64,000 bases of DNA from Octopus vulgaris (lineage: Eukaryota). The notes beneath the pieces are model-generated. The model searched no databases and was not told the DNA's origin. It was given only the letters and a program-made list of their open reading frames with translations. Below are positions 44,842 to 59,225 of the stretch, one piece after another; the first letter of the stretch is position 1, and every line of letters begins with the position of its first letter. The DNA is taken from NCBI GenBank assembly GCA_951406725.2, contig OX597830.1, forward strand, positions 55,428,001 through 55,492,000. Reading direction: 5' to 3'. The translations under genes were made by a program, and so were the position numbers.

Positions 44842-45104
44842 GCTACTACTACTACTACTACTACAACTACTACAACAACAACTACTACTACAACTACTAC
44901 CACCAACACTACTTCAACTACCGCCAATACCATTAGTAGTACTGCGACCGTCATCACTGCCACTACCACTACTATCGCCACGACTACCGCCACCACTAAT
45001 ACTACCAAAACCACCACCACCATCACTAATACTACCACCACCGTTTCTGTCACCACAAATTCAAAACCCGCTTCTTTTGGGCAAGTGTTCGCTGTTTTGG
45101 TTAC

Positions 45105-45204
<100 letters not shown>

Positions 45205-45259
45205 ACGACTTCATGTAGGTGATGGATCTTGCTGAGACTTGATGGATTTAAAAAGTATA

Positions 45260-45348
<89 letters not shown>

Positions 45349-45490
45349 TACACACACATGCACGCACACATACACATACACACACATACATACATACATG
45401 CATATATATATGCACGCATATACATACATATATACACACACATATATATGATAATATGTATTACATATATATATATATATAGATAGATAT

Positions 45491-45545
<55 letters not shown>

Positions 45546-45591
45546 GATAGATAAATACACACACGCATATGTACATAAACATTTAAGTATG

Positions 45592-45630
<39 letters not shown>

Positions 45631-45792
45631 ATATATACATACGTACATATATACATATAGATTATATATTTACGTATGTGTGTGTATATATATACACACA
45701 CACACATACATTCACACTCACACACACATACATTCACACTCACACACACATACATTCACACTCACACACACATACATTCACACTCACACACT

Positions 45793-45826
<34 letters not shown>

Positions 45827-46272
45827 TACACATGCGTACGTTTCTTGCAGCGGTTGTTCTTGTTACTGACATCACGAGTATTGTTGTCCACATGTTCGTT
45901 CATATTGTTTTCATGAGTGTTGCTGCTGGTGCTGCTGGTGGTTTTGATGTTGCTGCCGTTTCTGTAGATATGGCCGTTGTTGCTGGTGCTGTTGTTGTTA
46001 TTGTTGTCACCGTCGTTGTGAATATCAACGCCATTGTTTTATTGTTCTAGTTGTTAATGCTGACGTCACAATTGTTGCTGCTGTTGTTGTTTTTGTAGTT
46101 GCTGGTGCTGCTGCTGCTGCTGCTGCTGCTGTTGTTGTTGTTGTCGAAAGTGTTTAATCCAGCCATCTAATACCAATGATATTAATTAAGCAGCTTTAAC
46201 AATCAGTGATGGAATCTCGCCGAGACTTCAAGGAATTAAAACTTGGAGATAGGTTTTTCAAGACGTGAGCAG

Positions 46273-46315
<43 letters not shown>

Positions 46316-46600
46316 CGTATACACGTACATTTGTATGTATGAATGAATGTGTGTATATATGTACGCATGTATGTATGTATGTTCAGATATATTGATATGT
46401 ATACAAGCATAAAATATATATATAAGTATACATATCTATATATATATATTTATAAGTATATATATATATATATATTACTCCATATATACGTTGGTACAGT
46501 AAATACATGAATATACACATACGTATATATGTATATATATATATGCATATATATTTATATATATACGCACTATATATATATATATACATACATATATATA

Positions 46601-46645
<45 letters not shown>

Positions 46646-46664
46646 GCACGTATGTATCAATATA

Positions 46665-46717
<53 letters not shown>

Positions 46718-47017
46718 TTGTGTATGTATGCATACACTTAAAGAGACACTCACAAACAATATAATGAAATATATAAAACGTAGGTGTAATGAAATACATT
46801 GTGATCTAATGTGATAAAATTGGATAACGTAAAAGAAAAAAAAAAGCCCAAAATAATAAAACAGATATAAAATGATATCCAGCGAAGTGATATTAGACAG
46901 TGTGATAACGAAATTGATATGTCTTTGAAATCACAGGAATTGCAGATGTACCAAGGGACTTAATTTCTTTTATCACCGTCATCATACCACCACCACCACC
47001 ACCACCACCATCACACC

Positions 47018-47053
<36 letters not shown>

Positions 47054-48164
47054 GAACTTCACCACAATAACCACTACCACTACAGTCGACATAATCATCA
47101 TCGTCATGATCATGATCATCGTTGTCATCACCATCACCACCATAGACCATCATCATTTTTATCCTCATTATCGTCGTTGTCATCGTCCTCGACTTTATCA
47201 TCATCATCATCGTTGTCGTCGTAGTCGAGATCATCATCACCATCATAATCATCTTCATCGTCATCACCCTCATCCTGATCACAGTTGTCACCTTCGTAAA
47301 CGTTACTGTTGCTATCACTGCTTTTTTTTTTTTTTTTTTTCATGGCTGTGAATATTGAGGATGATAAATGGTATACGCGGTAGATTAACAAATTAATTTC
47401 TGTGCAGTATTCAATTATGTCCCTTTGTGTTTTGAGCTGAAATCACACCAAGGTTGATCGGCTACGCATTCCTTCCTTCTTTCCTTCCTTCCTTCCTTCC
47501 TTCCTTCCTTCCTTTCATCCGGAATCTTATAAACGAAAGTTACAGCCAAGTCGATTACGTCCTCTACATTTAACCATTTGCTCATGACTTTCTGTCTGTC
47601 ATATATTGTCTTTGTATAAGTTTTTTTTTTTTTTTTTTTCCCCGTCGAGACTTCCTTCCGGCTATACAGCGCTTGTACACGTGTTCTAATGGCTGCAATC
47701 GGGTAATAACATTGAGTCTCGTAATTCAACCAATCGAACCACTTGCTTAGTTCAGTGTATAAGCAATATCCGACAGCTGCTCTAGAAGCGATGATTACAA
47801 AACAGACTGCAAAAATATTAAAATATTTCTCTTACAAAATTCATTGAAGAAAACGAACTCCACCAGTCGTACTTATCGCTCAGAGCCATTGTCTCCTTAA
47901 CTTAAATTGTAATAAATGCATAAATTAGAATAAATATAACAGCAGATATGAATGTCTTGGCATTTAATATTAAGGCAAAGGACAAAATTAAATGTATATG
48001 AAGCATTTTTTCATAAATTTTATAATGAGTATTTAGTAATTTCTGTAATAATACTGGCCAATAGCCCATTTTATATGGTGATATTTAAATGAAATTTAAA
48101 TATTTAATTTTATAAAGAATAAAAAGTTTTGAACGGTACAACAATGCTATATGATACAAACAAC

Positions 48165-48388
48165 GGGCGGCAGAAACGTTAGCGCGCCGGGCGAAATGCT
48201 TAGCGATATTTCGTCTGTCGCTACGTTCTGAGTTCAAATTCCGCCGAGGTCGACTTTGCCTTTCATCCTCTCGGGGTCGATAAATAGAGTACCAGTTTCC
48301 TACTGGGTCGATGTAATCGACTTAATCCCTTTGTCTGTCCCTGTTTGTCCCTTCTATGTTTAGCTCTTTGTGGGTAGTAAAGAAATAT
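48165..48388 (+). mobile_element. SINE family B monomer
   Basis: Core plus ctttgtgggtagtaaagaaata tail. Confidence 0.85.
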
Positions 48389-48414
48389 ATACCTGTTGTA
48401 ATTGAATCATCCAT

Positions 48415-48456
48415 AGTCCGATGATATTTCGGAATAAAATTCCTTCTTCAGATATT
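48415..48456 (-). ncRNA. Degenerate hammerhead motif
   Basis: CTGAAGA-A-GGAAT ttt ATTCC-GAAA-tatca-TC; perfect stem II, but stem I does not pair. Confidence 0.45.
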
Positions 48457-48818
48457 CTTAGATGGAGTCGCTGCTTTAATCGGCTTTCCAACGGCATTTC
48501 TTTCAGTTCAGATTTTGCCTATACTTAATCGTGATTAGTAGATTTCAAACTAACACTAATTAATTAATTTATGTGTAAAGCCTTTCATAGTTAAGTTTCA
48601 CGCGATGAAATACTTTAACATTTTAAGTTGTTCCCGTCGTAAACACTACCTTTACACACACACACACATATTAGTAAAAAGTAAGGGATTACCTCCAAAC
48701 GATTACCAGTTTGCTCATCATCATCATCATCATCATATATATTGCGTAAGACTGCATTATACAACATTAAAGCGGTAAAATAAAATGTCTGCTCGTCCAC
48801 TGATTTTTATGTGCACAT

Positions 48819-49000
48819 AAGGCGGCGAGCTGGCAGAAACGTTAGCACACCGGGTGAAATGCTTAGCAGTATTTCATCTGTCTTTACGTTCTGAGTTCAA
48901 ATTCCGCCGAGGGTGACTTTGCCTTTCGTCCTTTCGGATTTGATAAATTAAGTACCTGGTGCTTACTGGTGTAGATCTAATCGGCTGGCTCCCTCCCCCA
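48819..49000 (+). mobile_element. SINE family B monomer
   Basis: aaggcggcgagctggcagaaacgttagc head and core. Confidence 0.85.
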
Positions 49001-49004
49001 AATC

Positions 49005-49258
49005 TGTTTCTTAAACGAGGGACATATTCATACGGCACATAATGTTTTTTTTTACCTCAAGAGACGTCAGTGATTGGTTGAAATTGTAGAAATTGAAGAG
49101 AAAAAAACAACAAATATCTTACAAACCATAGAATTTTCTCAATAAAGCCAAGAGAAAAAGATGTTTTATAAACACATTCTACCAGTATACGAAGTTTAAA
49201 ATTTTTTAGTTACCTAGAAATTATTTTAAAAACTGCCGTTCAAACCGAAAAGATCCCT
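49005..49258. mobile_element. Single terminal arm of a DNA element related to 2638-2884
   Basis: Shares acgtc..tgattggtt.aaatt, taccagtatacgaagttt and the terminus aaac.gaa.agatcc. Confidence 0.65.
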
Positions 49259-50112
49259 TTTTTTGTATTACTGCAGTAAGGTAATTGATATCAGCTGGAA
49301 CGAAAATGTGAGAAAGCAATGAACCGTTTCGAACCTGAGACTCCAACTTATTAACTTGGTGTTATGAGGTGAACCGTCAATGATAGATAACACTGTTAGA
49401 TCACATGGTGCTACTGGGTGGGAGAGTGGGAAGGAAGTGATAAATATCTAAATTGTCGGCCCGGTTTCGACTGTGACCCGTTTACAAAAGTGTGTCAGTT
49501 AATTGTGCTAATAAGCCTTTTGGTATTGTTGGCTGTTTTGACGTGTATAAAATATTGGTGAGTTAGTCATTTGTAGGAAGCGGTTTCGATTCTCCGTTGA
49601 TTTATAGAATTCAGAGAGACGTAAACATCATGGAGTCTAGTGTGTCTTCTATCTGATATACTTTGGAGATTTTTGCAACTGTGTGAGAAATTAATACTGA
49701 GTAATATCGTGAGTATATTTCTTTAGATGAACAGGCAGAGAGGTAGATAAGTAGATGTGGTAGATGCGTGGAAGAGTGTACGTGTGTATGTCTGTATGTG
49801 TGCGTGTGTGTGTGTGTGTGTGTATTGTGTGTGTGTGTGTATTGTGTGTGTGTGTGTGTGTGTACGTGCATATGCTTTTACATAGACTGACGAACAGCCA
49901 TATAATTAAGAAACAATTTTACTGTCTAAAATAGGTAGAAAGGTTACGACGCAACGGCATGTGTGGGTGTATATTTGTACATATTGACAGATAGACATAT
50001 ATGTATATATTTATATATATATATGCATAAATAACTATATATATGCACACACACACATATATATATTTATTTATTTATTTATGCATATATATATATATAC
50101 ATATATATCTGC

Positions 50113-50144
<32 letters not shown>

Positions 50145-50184
50145 GTATGCGTAATTTGTCTCTGTGTGTTTTTTATCCTAAATG

Positions 50185-50381
50185 TTACACTTACTTGTTT
50201 CAGTCATTTGGCCGCAGCCATGCTGGAGCACCACCTTAAAGGGTTTCTCGTCGAAAAAAATTGCCCCCATTCAGTACTTATTCTTTCTAAGCCTGGTACT
50301 TATTCTATCATTTTCTTTTTGTTGAATTGCTAGGTTACTGGGTCCCACCAACACTGGTAATCAAGCGATGGTGGTGGTGCA

Positions 50382-50424
<43 letters not shown>

Positions 50425-50872
50425 ACACACACACACTCAGCCACGCTGGCGCTTATATTATAAATATATACTAAGGCGGCGAGCTGGCAGAATTGTTAGC
50501 ACGCCGGGCGAAATGCTTAGCAGTATTTCGTCTGCCGTTACGTTCTGAGTTCAAATTCCTCCGAGGTCGACTTTGCCTTTCATCCTTTCGGGGTCGATTA
50601 AATAAGTGCCAGTTACGCACTGGGGTCGATATAATCGACTTAATCCGTTTGTCTGTCCTTGTTTGCCCTCTCTGTGTTTAGCCCCTTGTGGGTAGTAAAG
50701 AAATAGGTATTTCGTCTGTCTTTATGTTCTGAGTTCAAATTCCGCCGAGGTCGACTTTGCCTTTCATCCTATCGGGGTCGTTAATTAAGTACCAGTTGCG
50801 TACTGGGGTCGATCTAATCGACTGTCCCCTTCCTCAAATATTTAGGGCTTTGTGCCTAGAGTAGAAAAGATT
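50185..50872. mobile_element. Family A SINE tail (minus, ~50185-50380) and family B dimer (plus, 50473-50872)
   Basis: Sequence similarity to the other copies in the window. Confidence 0.85.
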
Positions 50873-50894
50873 ATATATAGAGTAGAAAATATTA

Positions 50895-51528
50895 TATAGT
50901 GGGGAGAGAACACAGAGAGGGATTGCCATAGAGAGTTTTAATAATTCTGACTTTTTAAAAAAAATTTGCTCAATTCCACTGAAACTGATTATTAATTCTG
51001 AAACAGCCGGTGGTGCACGGGATGGTAATATGAAGCATCACAAGGGCGCCAACTAAAATTTTAATGTTCTTCTCATTTTTTCTGCCAAATTGGACAAAAA
51101 GGTTTTCATGAAATATTATACGCTACTTATAAGTAGATTCAATATTTTATCGTCGGAAAATGGCCTAAAAACAAAGATAAAACCCACTGCAGTACAGCCA
51201 AATCTCATTAATCTGCATTTGATGTGGGGGTGGTATAATCGGCGTCGGAAAGTTTTTTTAGTCAACAGCAATTCGAGGAGACTGATTAATGTTTGTTGCA
51301 AATTTGGAGGAAAGTGACTGGGTACTCTTCAAGTTACGAGCCTTAAAGCTGCGAAAATGCTTTAAAGGTGAGGTTTATCTGCCCCTCGGCCCGCATTAGG
51401 CAAGAAGTAGAATTTTGTTTCCAGCCCAAGACACTCCATGGACCCAATGTAATGCATGTGTAAAATTTTATTAAAATTGGTTGGGTGGATCTCGAATTAT
51501 AACGACAGGACAAACACATCCTGTATTA

Positions 51529-51530
<2 letters not shown>
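50895..51530 (+). mobile_element. Possible non-autonomous Helitron-like element
   Basis: The 3' part atgcatgtgtaaaattttattaaaattggttgggtggatc...gacaggacaaacacatcctgtatta resembles INE-1-like ends from recollection; termini not verified. Confidence 0.3.
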
Positions 51531-51600
<70 letters not shown>

Positions 51601-52189
51601 TAATAAATAAAACAAATGCATATATATATACATATATGTACGTACCTACCTCTACATGTATATATACACGCATATATGAGTACAGGACGACAAAAAAAAA
51701 ACGTCGAACACAATGAGAAACGAAAACATAGACACAAACCCAAGGAACTGGACATTTTTCTTAAACAACAACAACAATAGAGTACAGGACAAATAACACA
51801 AGGAAAAAACCCCTTCTTCAGTCGCCATGGTTTCATCCACTCTACGTTTCGAAGGTGGAGGAATTTCGATTATTTTATGTGTGTGTGTAACAAACACTTT
51901 CAAGGAGGTTAATAGCAGCTTCGAAGTATAATAAATATGATCTACTTAGAAGTATTGAGTAGTTCTTTAATTTTCAAAGTGTTTTTATATGTATGTATAA
52001 CTTCACATACATACCGATAAGCATTTTGTCTGCATTATAGATTCTTCTACTAGCTCGGCACCCTCCTACAAGCTGGAAAAACAGGTAGACCCATGGAATA
52101 GTTGAGTGTTATTTGTTTGAGCTATCTCATAACACACATTTTTTTTGTGTGTGAATCTCGAAGCAAACAAAGCTATAAATATATAGATA

Positions 52190-52390
52190 ACGATTTCAAA
52201 TTTTGGCACAAGGCCAAGTCCGGGGGAAGGAATAAGTCGACTGCTAAACTGGAACTTCTTTCATCGACCCTGAAAAGATGAAAGGTTAAAGTCGACCTCG
52301 GCGGAATTTGAACTCAGAACATAAAGACGGACCAAATGCCACTAAGCATTTTGCCCAGCGTTCTAACGATTCTGCCAGCTCACCGCCTCG
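52190..52390 (-). mobile_element. SINE family B
   Basis: aagtcgacctcggcggaatttgaactcagaac...ctgccagctcaccgcct. Confidence 0.85.
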
Positions 52391-52901
52391 TAAATACATA
52401 AATATTACGTGTAAATATTGGGCTGCAAAACCTTTAGGTAGAAAAAAAAATTCAAAACAAGCTGCAATGGAACTCGAACTCACATCTCTTGTTAGCCTGA
52501 TAAGCATTAAACTAATTGTTTCGCGTTCCCGAAGTTTTTATATTTCTATGACGTCAACTATTTTGCTCCTGCTTTTGAAAATTGTAATAATACAATAATT
52601 CTGAAGATAGAGGGCGAAATCCTTCAAATAATAGTTAGGTGTTCAGTACACCTAACCACACAGTCGACCATCAGTAGACACCCACGTAGGATATACAGTT
52701 AAAGTGGGTCATGATGTATAGGTATGACATTTGAGTGATTTGCTTTTTACTGTTTTTATTTTTGATATTTGATAAGGAACAAATTTGAATATTCTCAGAG
52801 ATTAGGGCTGAAATGTGGTAGTGACGGTGGCCGTAGTGATGATGGTGGTGGTGTTAGTTGTGGTGATTGTAGGGGTTGTCAATACATTTTTTGTCGTGTA
52901 C

Positions 52902-52964
<63 letters not shown>

Positions 52965-52998
52965 AATGTATGTCTGTATGTTTGCTTGTATGTGTGTG

Positions 52999-53029
<31 letters not shown>

Positions 53030-53425
53030 TGGCTGTGTGGTAAGTAGCTTGCTTACGAACCACATGATTCCGGGTTCAGTCCCAATGCGTGACACCTTGG
53101 GCAAGTGTCTTCTACTTTAGCCTCGGGCAGACCAAAGCCTTGTGAATAGATTTGGAAGACGGAAACTGAAAGAAGCCCGTTATATATCTGTATATATATA
53201 TATGTGTGTGTATACGTTTGTGTGTCTGTGTTTGCCCCCCCCCTTCCAAGATCGCTTGACAACCGATGCTGATGTGTTTACGTCTCCGTAACTTAGCGGT
53301 TCGGCAAAAGAGACCGATAGAATGAGTACTAGGCTTACAAAGAATAAGCCCTGGGATCGATTTGCTCGACTAAAGGCGGTGCTCCAGCATGGCCACTATC
53401 AATTGACTGAAACAAGTAAAAGAGT
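53030..53425 (+). mobile_element. Near full-length SINE family A (tRNA head, CORE-like block, microsatellite, tail)
   Basis: tggctgtgtggtaag (A box), gggttcagtccc (B box), gacaccttgggcaagtgtctt (CORE-like), ggcggtgctccagcatggcc tail. Confidence 0.88.
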
Positions 53426-53485
53426 AAAAAAAAGAGTATATATATATGCATATATGCATACATATATATATATACACACAAAGAC

Positions 53486-53516
<31 letters not shown>

Positions 53517-53519
53517 CAT

Positions 53520-53558
<39 letters not shown>

Positions 53559-53564
<6 letters not shown>

Positions 53565-54345
53565 GTTGTTTGGAAAGTTCGTGCCGATTTTGAAAGGAAA
53601 GAAAAAGGTCAATAAATACTTGCCATTACATTTTTAATCAACCAAATATGAACTATTTTGTTGCACAATGCGTCTCCATCTCTTCTTTAACTTGAAAATA
53701 CCCTCTTCCCAGAATTGAGGTGGTTTCATGGCAAAGAATTCATCAAGGCATCTTTTTACGTCATCCAAGGAATTGAAATTTTTACCATTCAGACTATTCT
53801 GCAGAGACCTGAATAAGTGGAAATCTGAAGGAGCAATATCTGGTGAATATGGAGGGTGGGGTAACACATCCCAGCCGAGCTGCAGCATTTTTTATCTGGT
53901 TCCCAAAGAAACGTGCGGTTTTGCATTATCATGTTAGAAAACAACATCCTTCCTGTTGGCCAATTCTGGATGTTTCTCTTGAATTGCTGCTTTTAACTCA
54001 TCCAGTTGTGTGCAGTATTTCTCAGAATTAATTGTCTGGTTACTTGGGAGAAGCTCACGGTACAGAATTCCTTTCCAATCCCACCAGACACAAAGCAAGA
54101 CTTTTTTAGAGTGAAGACCCGCTTTTGTGGTGGCTAAGGGTGGCTCATGTCGCTTACTTCAGGATCGCTTTCTCAGAACATTTCGGTAGATAATCCATTT
54201 CTCATCGCCTGTCACAATTTGCTTTAAAAAGGTGCGTTTTTATTCCGTTTATAAAGCGAATCACAGATGGAAATGCGATCCAAAAGGTTCTTCTCACTCA
54301 ACTCATGTGGTACCCAAACATCTAACGATTTGTGTACCCAAGCTT
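53559..54345 (-). pseudogene. Mariner right half with terminal repeat, in (TA)n
   Basis: WVPHEL near 54300; GWDVLPHPPYSPDIAPSDFHLFRSLQNSL...GIFKLKKRWRRIVQQNSSYLVD*; end ta-tttggttgtttggaaagttcgtgccga. Confidence 0.9.
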
Positions 54346-54822
54346 TAATGTGATGATCTGGTGGGGACTATATCTTGGAAATCCGCCAGCCCAATGGTTT
54401 CCCTTCATGGTATAATTAATAGTCAAAACTATTTAAACATTTTATCTGTTCAAATTCATACTATGATTGCGGAACTGTTTCCGGAGGGAAAGGCAATCTT
54501 TCAGGATGATAATGCACCGATTCACATAGTTAAAGTTGTTACTGTATGGCAGTCCCCAGAAGTCTATATTATTGAACATTTATGGTGCATTTTAGAAAAA
54601 CAAAGTAAGGAGTCGATATCCTCTATCATCATCACTACAAGAACTGGAGACTGTTTTAGCTGAAGAATGGACGAAAATTCCTTTGGAAAGAATTCAAACT
54701 TATGTAGGAGTCCGTAGCTCGTAGAATTCAAGCTGTAATTACTGCCAAAGGCGGTCCTACCCCATATTATAACAAATTTGTTTGAAATTTTAAGGTGTTT
54801 CCACTATTATGTCCAAACCCCG

Positions 54823-54824
<2 letters not shown>
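54346..54824 (+). pseudogene. Tc1 right half with terminal repeat, in (TA)n
   Basis: HGIINSQNYLNIL...IFQDDNAPIH...QSPEVYIIEHLW; ends ...ttatgtccaaaccccg-ta. Confidence 0.85.
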
Positions 54825-54890
<66 letters not shown>

Positions 54891-54892
<2 letters not shown>

Positions 54893-55043
54893 TAAGATAG
54901 AACCGCTATTTTGGAATTCATCCTTGAAGGATATTCCAATACCTTCTAGGAAAGAATATATTTTGAAACTTATTAATAATATTAAGGATTTTGTTTCTAG
55001 AATTAAATGGAAAGCCTACTATTATAACTATAAACGATCGTAG
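54891..55043 (+). pseudogene. N-terminal fragment of a Penelope-like ORF
   Basis: NSSLKDIPIPSRKEYILKLINNIKDFVSRIKWKAYY resembles the recalled SLKNIPIP...KLI...RMRWKA start of PLE polyproteins. Confidence 0.65.
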
Positions 55044-55401
55044 TGTTTTACTCTTTATCTTTTATTAAACTTTTAATACTTTTGATATATATTTAAAATA
55101 ATATAAATTAATTAATTTTATGTATTGGCTTATGTTTTTCATTGTTTGATTTGCCTAATAGTGGTTTTATCTCTAATCTAATATAATATAATATAATATA
55201 TTTATACTATAAAATTGGATTTAATCCTAAATCTGATTTTTCCCTGTAAGTTTGGATTTATTCCCTAATATTTTATTATTAATATATATATAGCTATATA
55301 GAGGCATATTTGTATGTGTATTTACTCAAGTAACATATTGTAAAATTACAAACAGGGAAAATTTTAGCCATTTCTCCGCAGACTGAAAAAAATTATGAAC
55401 A

Positions 55402-55444
55402 ACCTTAATCGATTTTCGAACTTTATTCGGTTCTCATCAGAGGC
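55402..55444 (-). ncRNA. Apparently intact minimal type I hammerhead ribozyme
   Basis: GCCT-CTGATGA-GAAC cgaataaa GTTC-GAA-AATCGATT-A-AGGT: complete core, paired stems I and II, palindromic stem III, UUA cleavage triplet. Confidence 0.8.
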
Positions 55445-55741
55445 GTCCACATCATTCTAACAGTCTCCAGAGAAACAAGCGGCCAAACTGCAGCAGTTAC
55501 TTTATGAAGGGCTTCCTAAGTATATGAGTGTATACGTATACAAGTATGTGTGCGAGCGTGTGTCTAACCACACAAACTTATGCACATACATTCAGACATA
55601 TATGATAGTGTTTATGTGTATGTGTGTATATGTGTCTGTATATGTGCGTGTGTGGCCACGTACACACATGTATATGTGCATGTATATACGTACACGTACA
55701 TCTACTTATGTATACACATATAGATATATACACATACGCAC

Positions 55742-55780
<39 letters not shown>

Positions 55781-55942
55781 TATATAAATACATATACATA
55801 CATGTATACATATATATAGATATTGTAGATAAATGAATAGATAGATAGATAGATAGACAGATAATAGATAAATAGATAGATAGATAGAAAGATAGATAGA
55901 TAGATAGATGGATGGATGGATGGATGGATGGATGGATGGATG

Positions 55943-56021
<79 letters not shown>

Positions 56022-56616
56022 TAGCACTTTCTATGGGTCTTATATCTTCCTCTCTGTTTTCATCTTTGTATACACACAACATTCACACATACACTCATAC
56101 AACACATACACGCATACACACATACACTTACACAAACATATATATATGTATGTATGTATATGCTGCACACGCGCACTCGCACACAGAGTCATATACATAG
56201 ATACTTAAACCCCATTTCTTCTGGTCGCTAATATCCCTAATTAACTTGCTGACATATAATAGTATTGATAATTAGATCATATCAAAGACGTGTGAATGAG
56301 TCAGGGTTATGTGACCAGGGCCCAGAGAAGACCTTAGGGACGTCGAGTGTACCCAGTGGTATTTCATCATCATTGCTTAGGGACGCGAGGAAACAAGTTA
56401 TGGGCGACTGCTTGTGTGTGTGTCTGTGCGTGTGTCTGTGCGTGTGTTTGTGTGTGTGTGCCTATGTGTGTGTGTATGCATGTGTGTGTGTATGCAAGTG
56501 TATATAAATTCATCTAAACATATAATACAATATATACTTATATGTACATATATATATATATACATATATATATATACATATAGATAAGTGTATATTTTTA
56601 ACACGTTCACACAAAA

Positions 56617-56671
<55 letters not shown>

Positions 56672-56677
56672 CATACA

Positions 56678-56909
<232 letters not shown>

Positions 56910-56951
56910 ATATATATATATATACACATATATATATATACACACACACAC

Positions 56952-56986
<35 letters not shown>

Positions 56987-56995
56987 GCATAAATA

Positions 56996-57041
<46 letters not shown>

Positions 57042-57160
57042 ATGTACAGATGTATACTTATATGTATATTTGTAACTTATATGTATATTTGTATATTTGT
57101 ATATTTATATGTATATTTGTGTTTATACACACACAAACACACTTAAACACTCACCCACAC

Positions 57161-57226
<66 letters not shown>

Positions 57227-58081
57227 TTATATATTTATATATTTTATATACGCGCACTTATATATATATTTACATGTATATTAACCCAACCTTAAATAGA
57301 TATCAAGCGTCATTAGCAATACCTAATTGGAAACATTTTGAACGGCGAAAAATAAAACCGTAACACAAAAGGCATTAAGGCTGGGAGTGCGAGGCGGGGA
57401 CGTTGATTACAGGGGTTGAGGGTTTTATTTCATGTAGTGATGGTGATGGTGATGGTGGTGATGATAAGTTTAACGTTCCTGAGGATCCTGCCTGAAGTCA
57501 TGGTGATGGTTATGATGATGTTGATACCGAGGATCAGTGTGACGAGGAGTGGCATAAATTACTAGGAGCAGGATATGACGAAGGGGACACTGTCGATGAT
57601 GGAAGATAGGAATCACACTATCAAATAGGATCTTTAACATTCTGAAGGGAGCCCTTCCTATATAATCAGTACTGAATTCCCTATTTCCCTATTGAATCTC
57701 TTGTGAATCCACACCTAATCCCTAATAAGGGGTCCCTATCGAATCTCTTGCTAGGGAGATATAGATTTAAGCTGTTAAATTTGATGAAATGTGGTGTTTG
57801 GTTTGTACTTCAGTATTGTTTTATTGTATTTTATTCGAGAATTATATAAATATGATGATAAATATTCTGCTAAGCCACTGCTACAGGATTGGCATTTTAA
57901 TTTTATTGACACCCCAAAAGGATGACCACCAAACTGACATAAATAGGAGTCGAAATACTGTCCTGTCTATTTATATGTTTTTTGTATGTTGGTCATCACA
58001 AATGATATCTTTGTTTATAAGTAGGTATATCTCGCACATATCATATCTTCTGAGCGTGTGTGTGTGTGTGTGTCTGTGTCT

Positions 58082-58121
<40 letters not shown>

Positions 58122-58394
58122 GCGTGTGTGTGTCTGTAGCCTTGAAGTGTTATAATCGAATCAATGAATTTTAGAACTTACTTTTTTTTAGTCTGGCGCT
58201 TTTACCAAGCCGCACCTTTAGGGGGATCTAAACTAAACAACACTAGTTGTGAAGCATTAAATATCACAAACGTAAGATATATGTATATGTATATGTATGT
58301 ATGTATGTATATATGTATGTATGCGTGTGCATGTGTGTGTGTGAGTATGTGTGTGTTGGAGTGTGTATGCCTGAGTATATGTGTGTGTATTGGA

Positions 58395-58595
58395 ATCTTT
58401 TCTACTCTAGGCACAAGGCATGAAATTTTGGGGAAGGGAGCCAATCGATTAGATCGACCCCAGTACGCGACTGGTACTTAATTCATCGACTCCGAAAGGA
58501 TGAAAGGCAAAGTCGACCTCGGCGGATGTGTGTATATTGGAATATGTATGCGTGAGTATATATGCCTGTGTATGTGTGTATGAGCGTGCATGTGA

Positions 58596-58633
<38 letters not shown>

Positions 58634-59178
58634 ATTGTGTGTGCATTGTGTGTGTGTGTGTGCGAGTGTGTATGTATGAGTATATGTGTGAGAGAGTATG
58701 TATGCTTGCATATTTATATGTGTATAACGGGATTCTAAACGGTTTCCGTCTACCAACATTCACAAGGACTTGAACGGTCCGAGGTTATTGTAGAACCAAG
58801 TGGTTGCAAAGCGAACTTCTTAGCCACAAAACCGTGTGTACGTGCGTGTGTGTGTGTGTACGTATTTGTGTGTGTATGTGTGTGTGTGTGCTCACGTGTG
58901 TGTGCGTGTAGATAGATAGAGAGAGAGAGAGCGAGAGAGAGAGAGAAACAGTCAGAGAGACAGAGGGGCGGGGTGCAATTATGCGGAGAAACAAATTAGA
59001 TATATTAAATATAGACGCAAGAGTGGCTGTGCGGTAAGTAGCTTGCTTACCAACCACATGGTTCCGGGTTCGGTCCCACTGCGTGGCACCTTGGGTAAGT
59101 GTCTTCTACTATAGCCTCGGGCCGACCAAAGCCTTGTGAGTGGATTTGGTAGACGCAAACTGAAAGAAGCCCGTCGTG
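58395..59178. mobile_element. SINE fragments: family B (minus, 58395-58525), family A (minus, ~58725-58830; plus, 59015-59178)
   Basis: Similarity to the other copies in the window. Confidence 0.8.
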
Positions 59179-59180
59179 TA

Positions 59181-59225
<45 letters not shown>

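Noticed and set aside
51805-52635. Partial hammerhead-like strings at ~51805-51860 (-) and ~52595-52630 (+); also ~9095-9140 (-)
   Set aside because: Core elements are in the wrong order or the stems do not pair.
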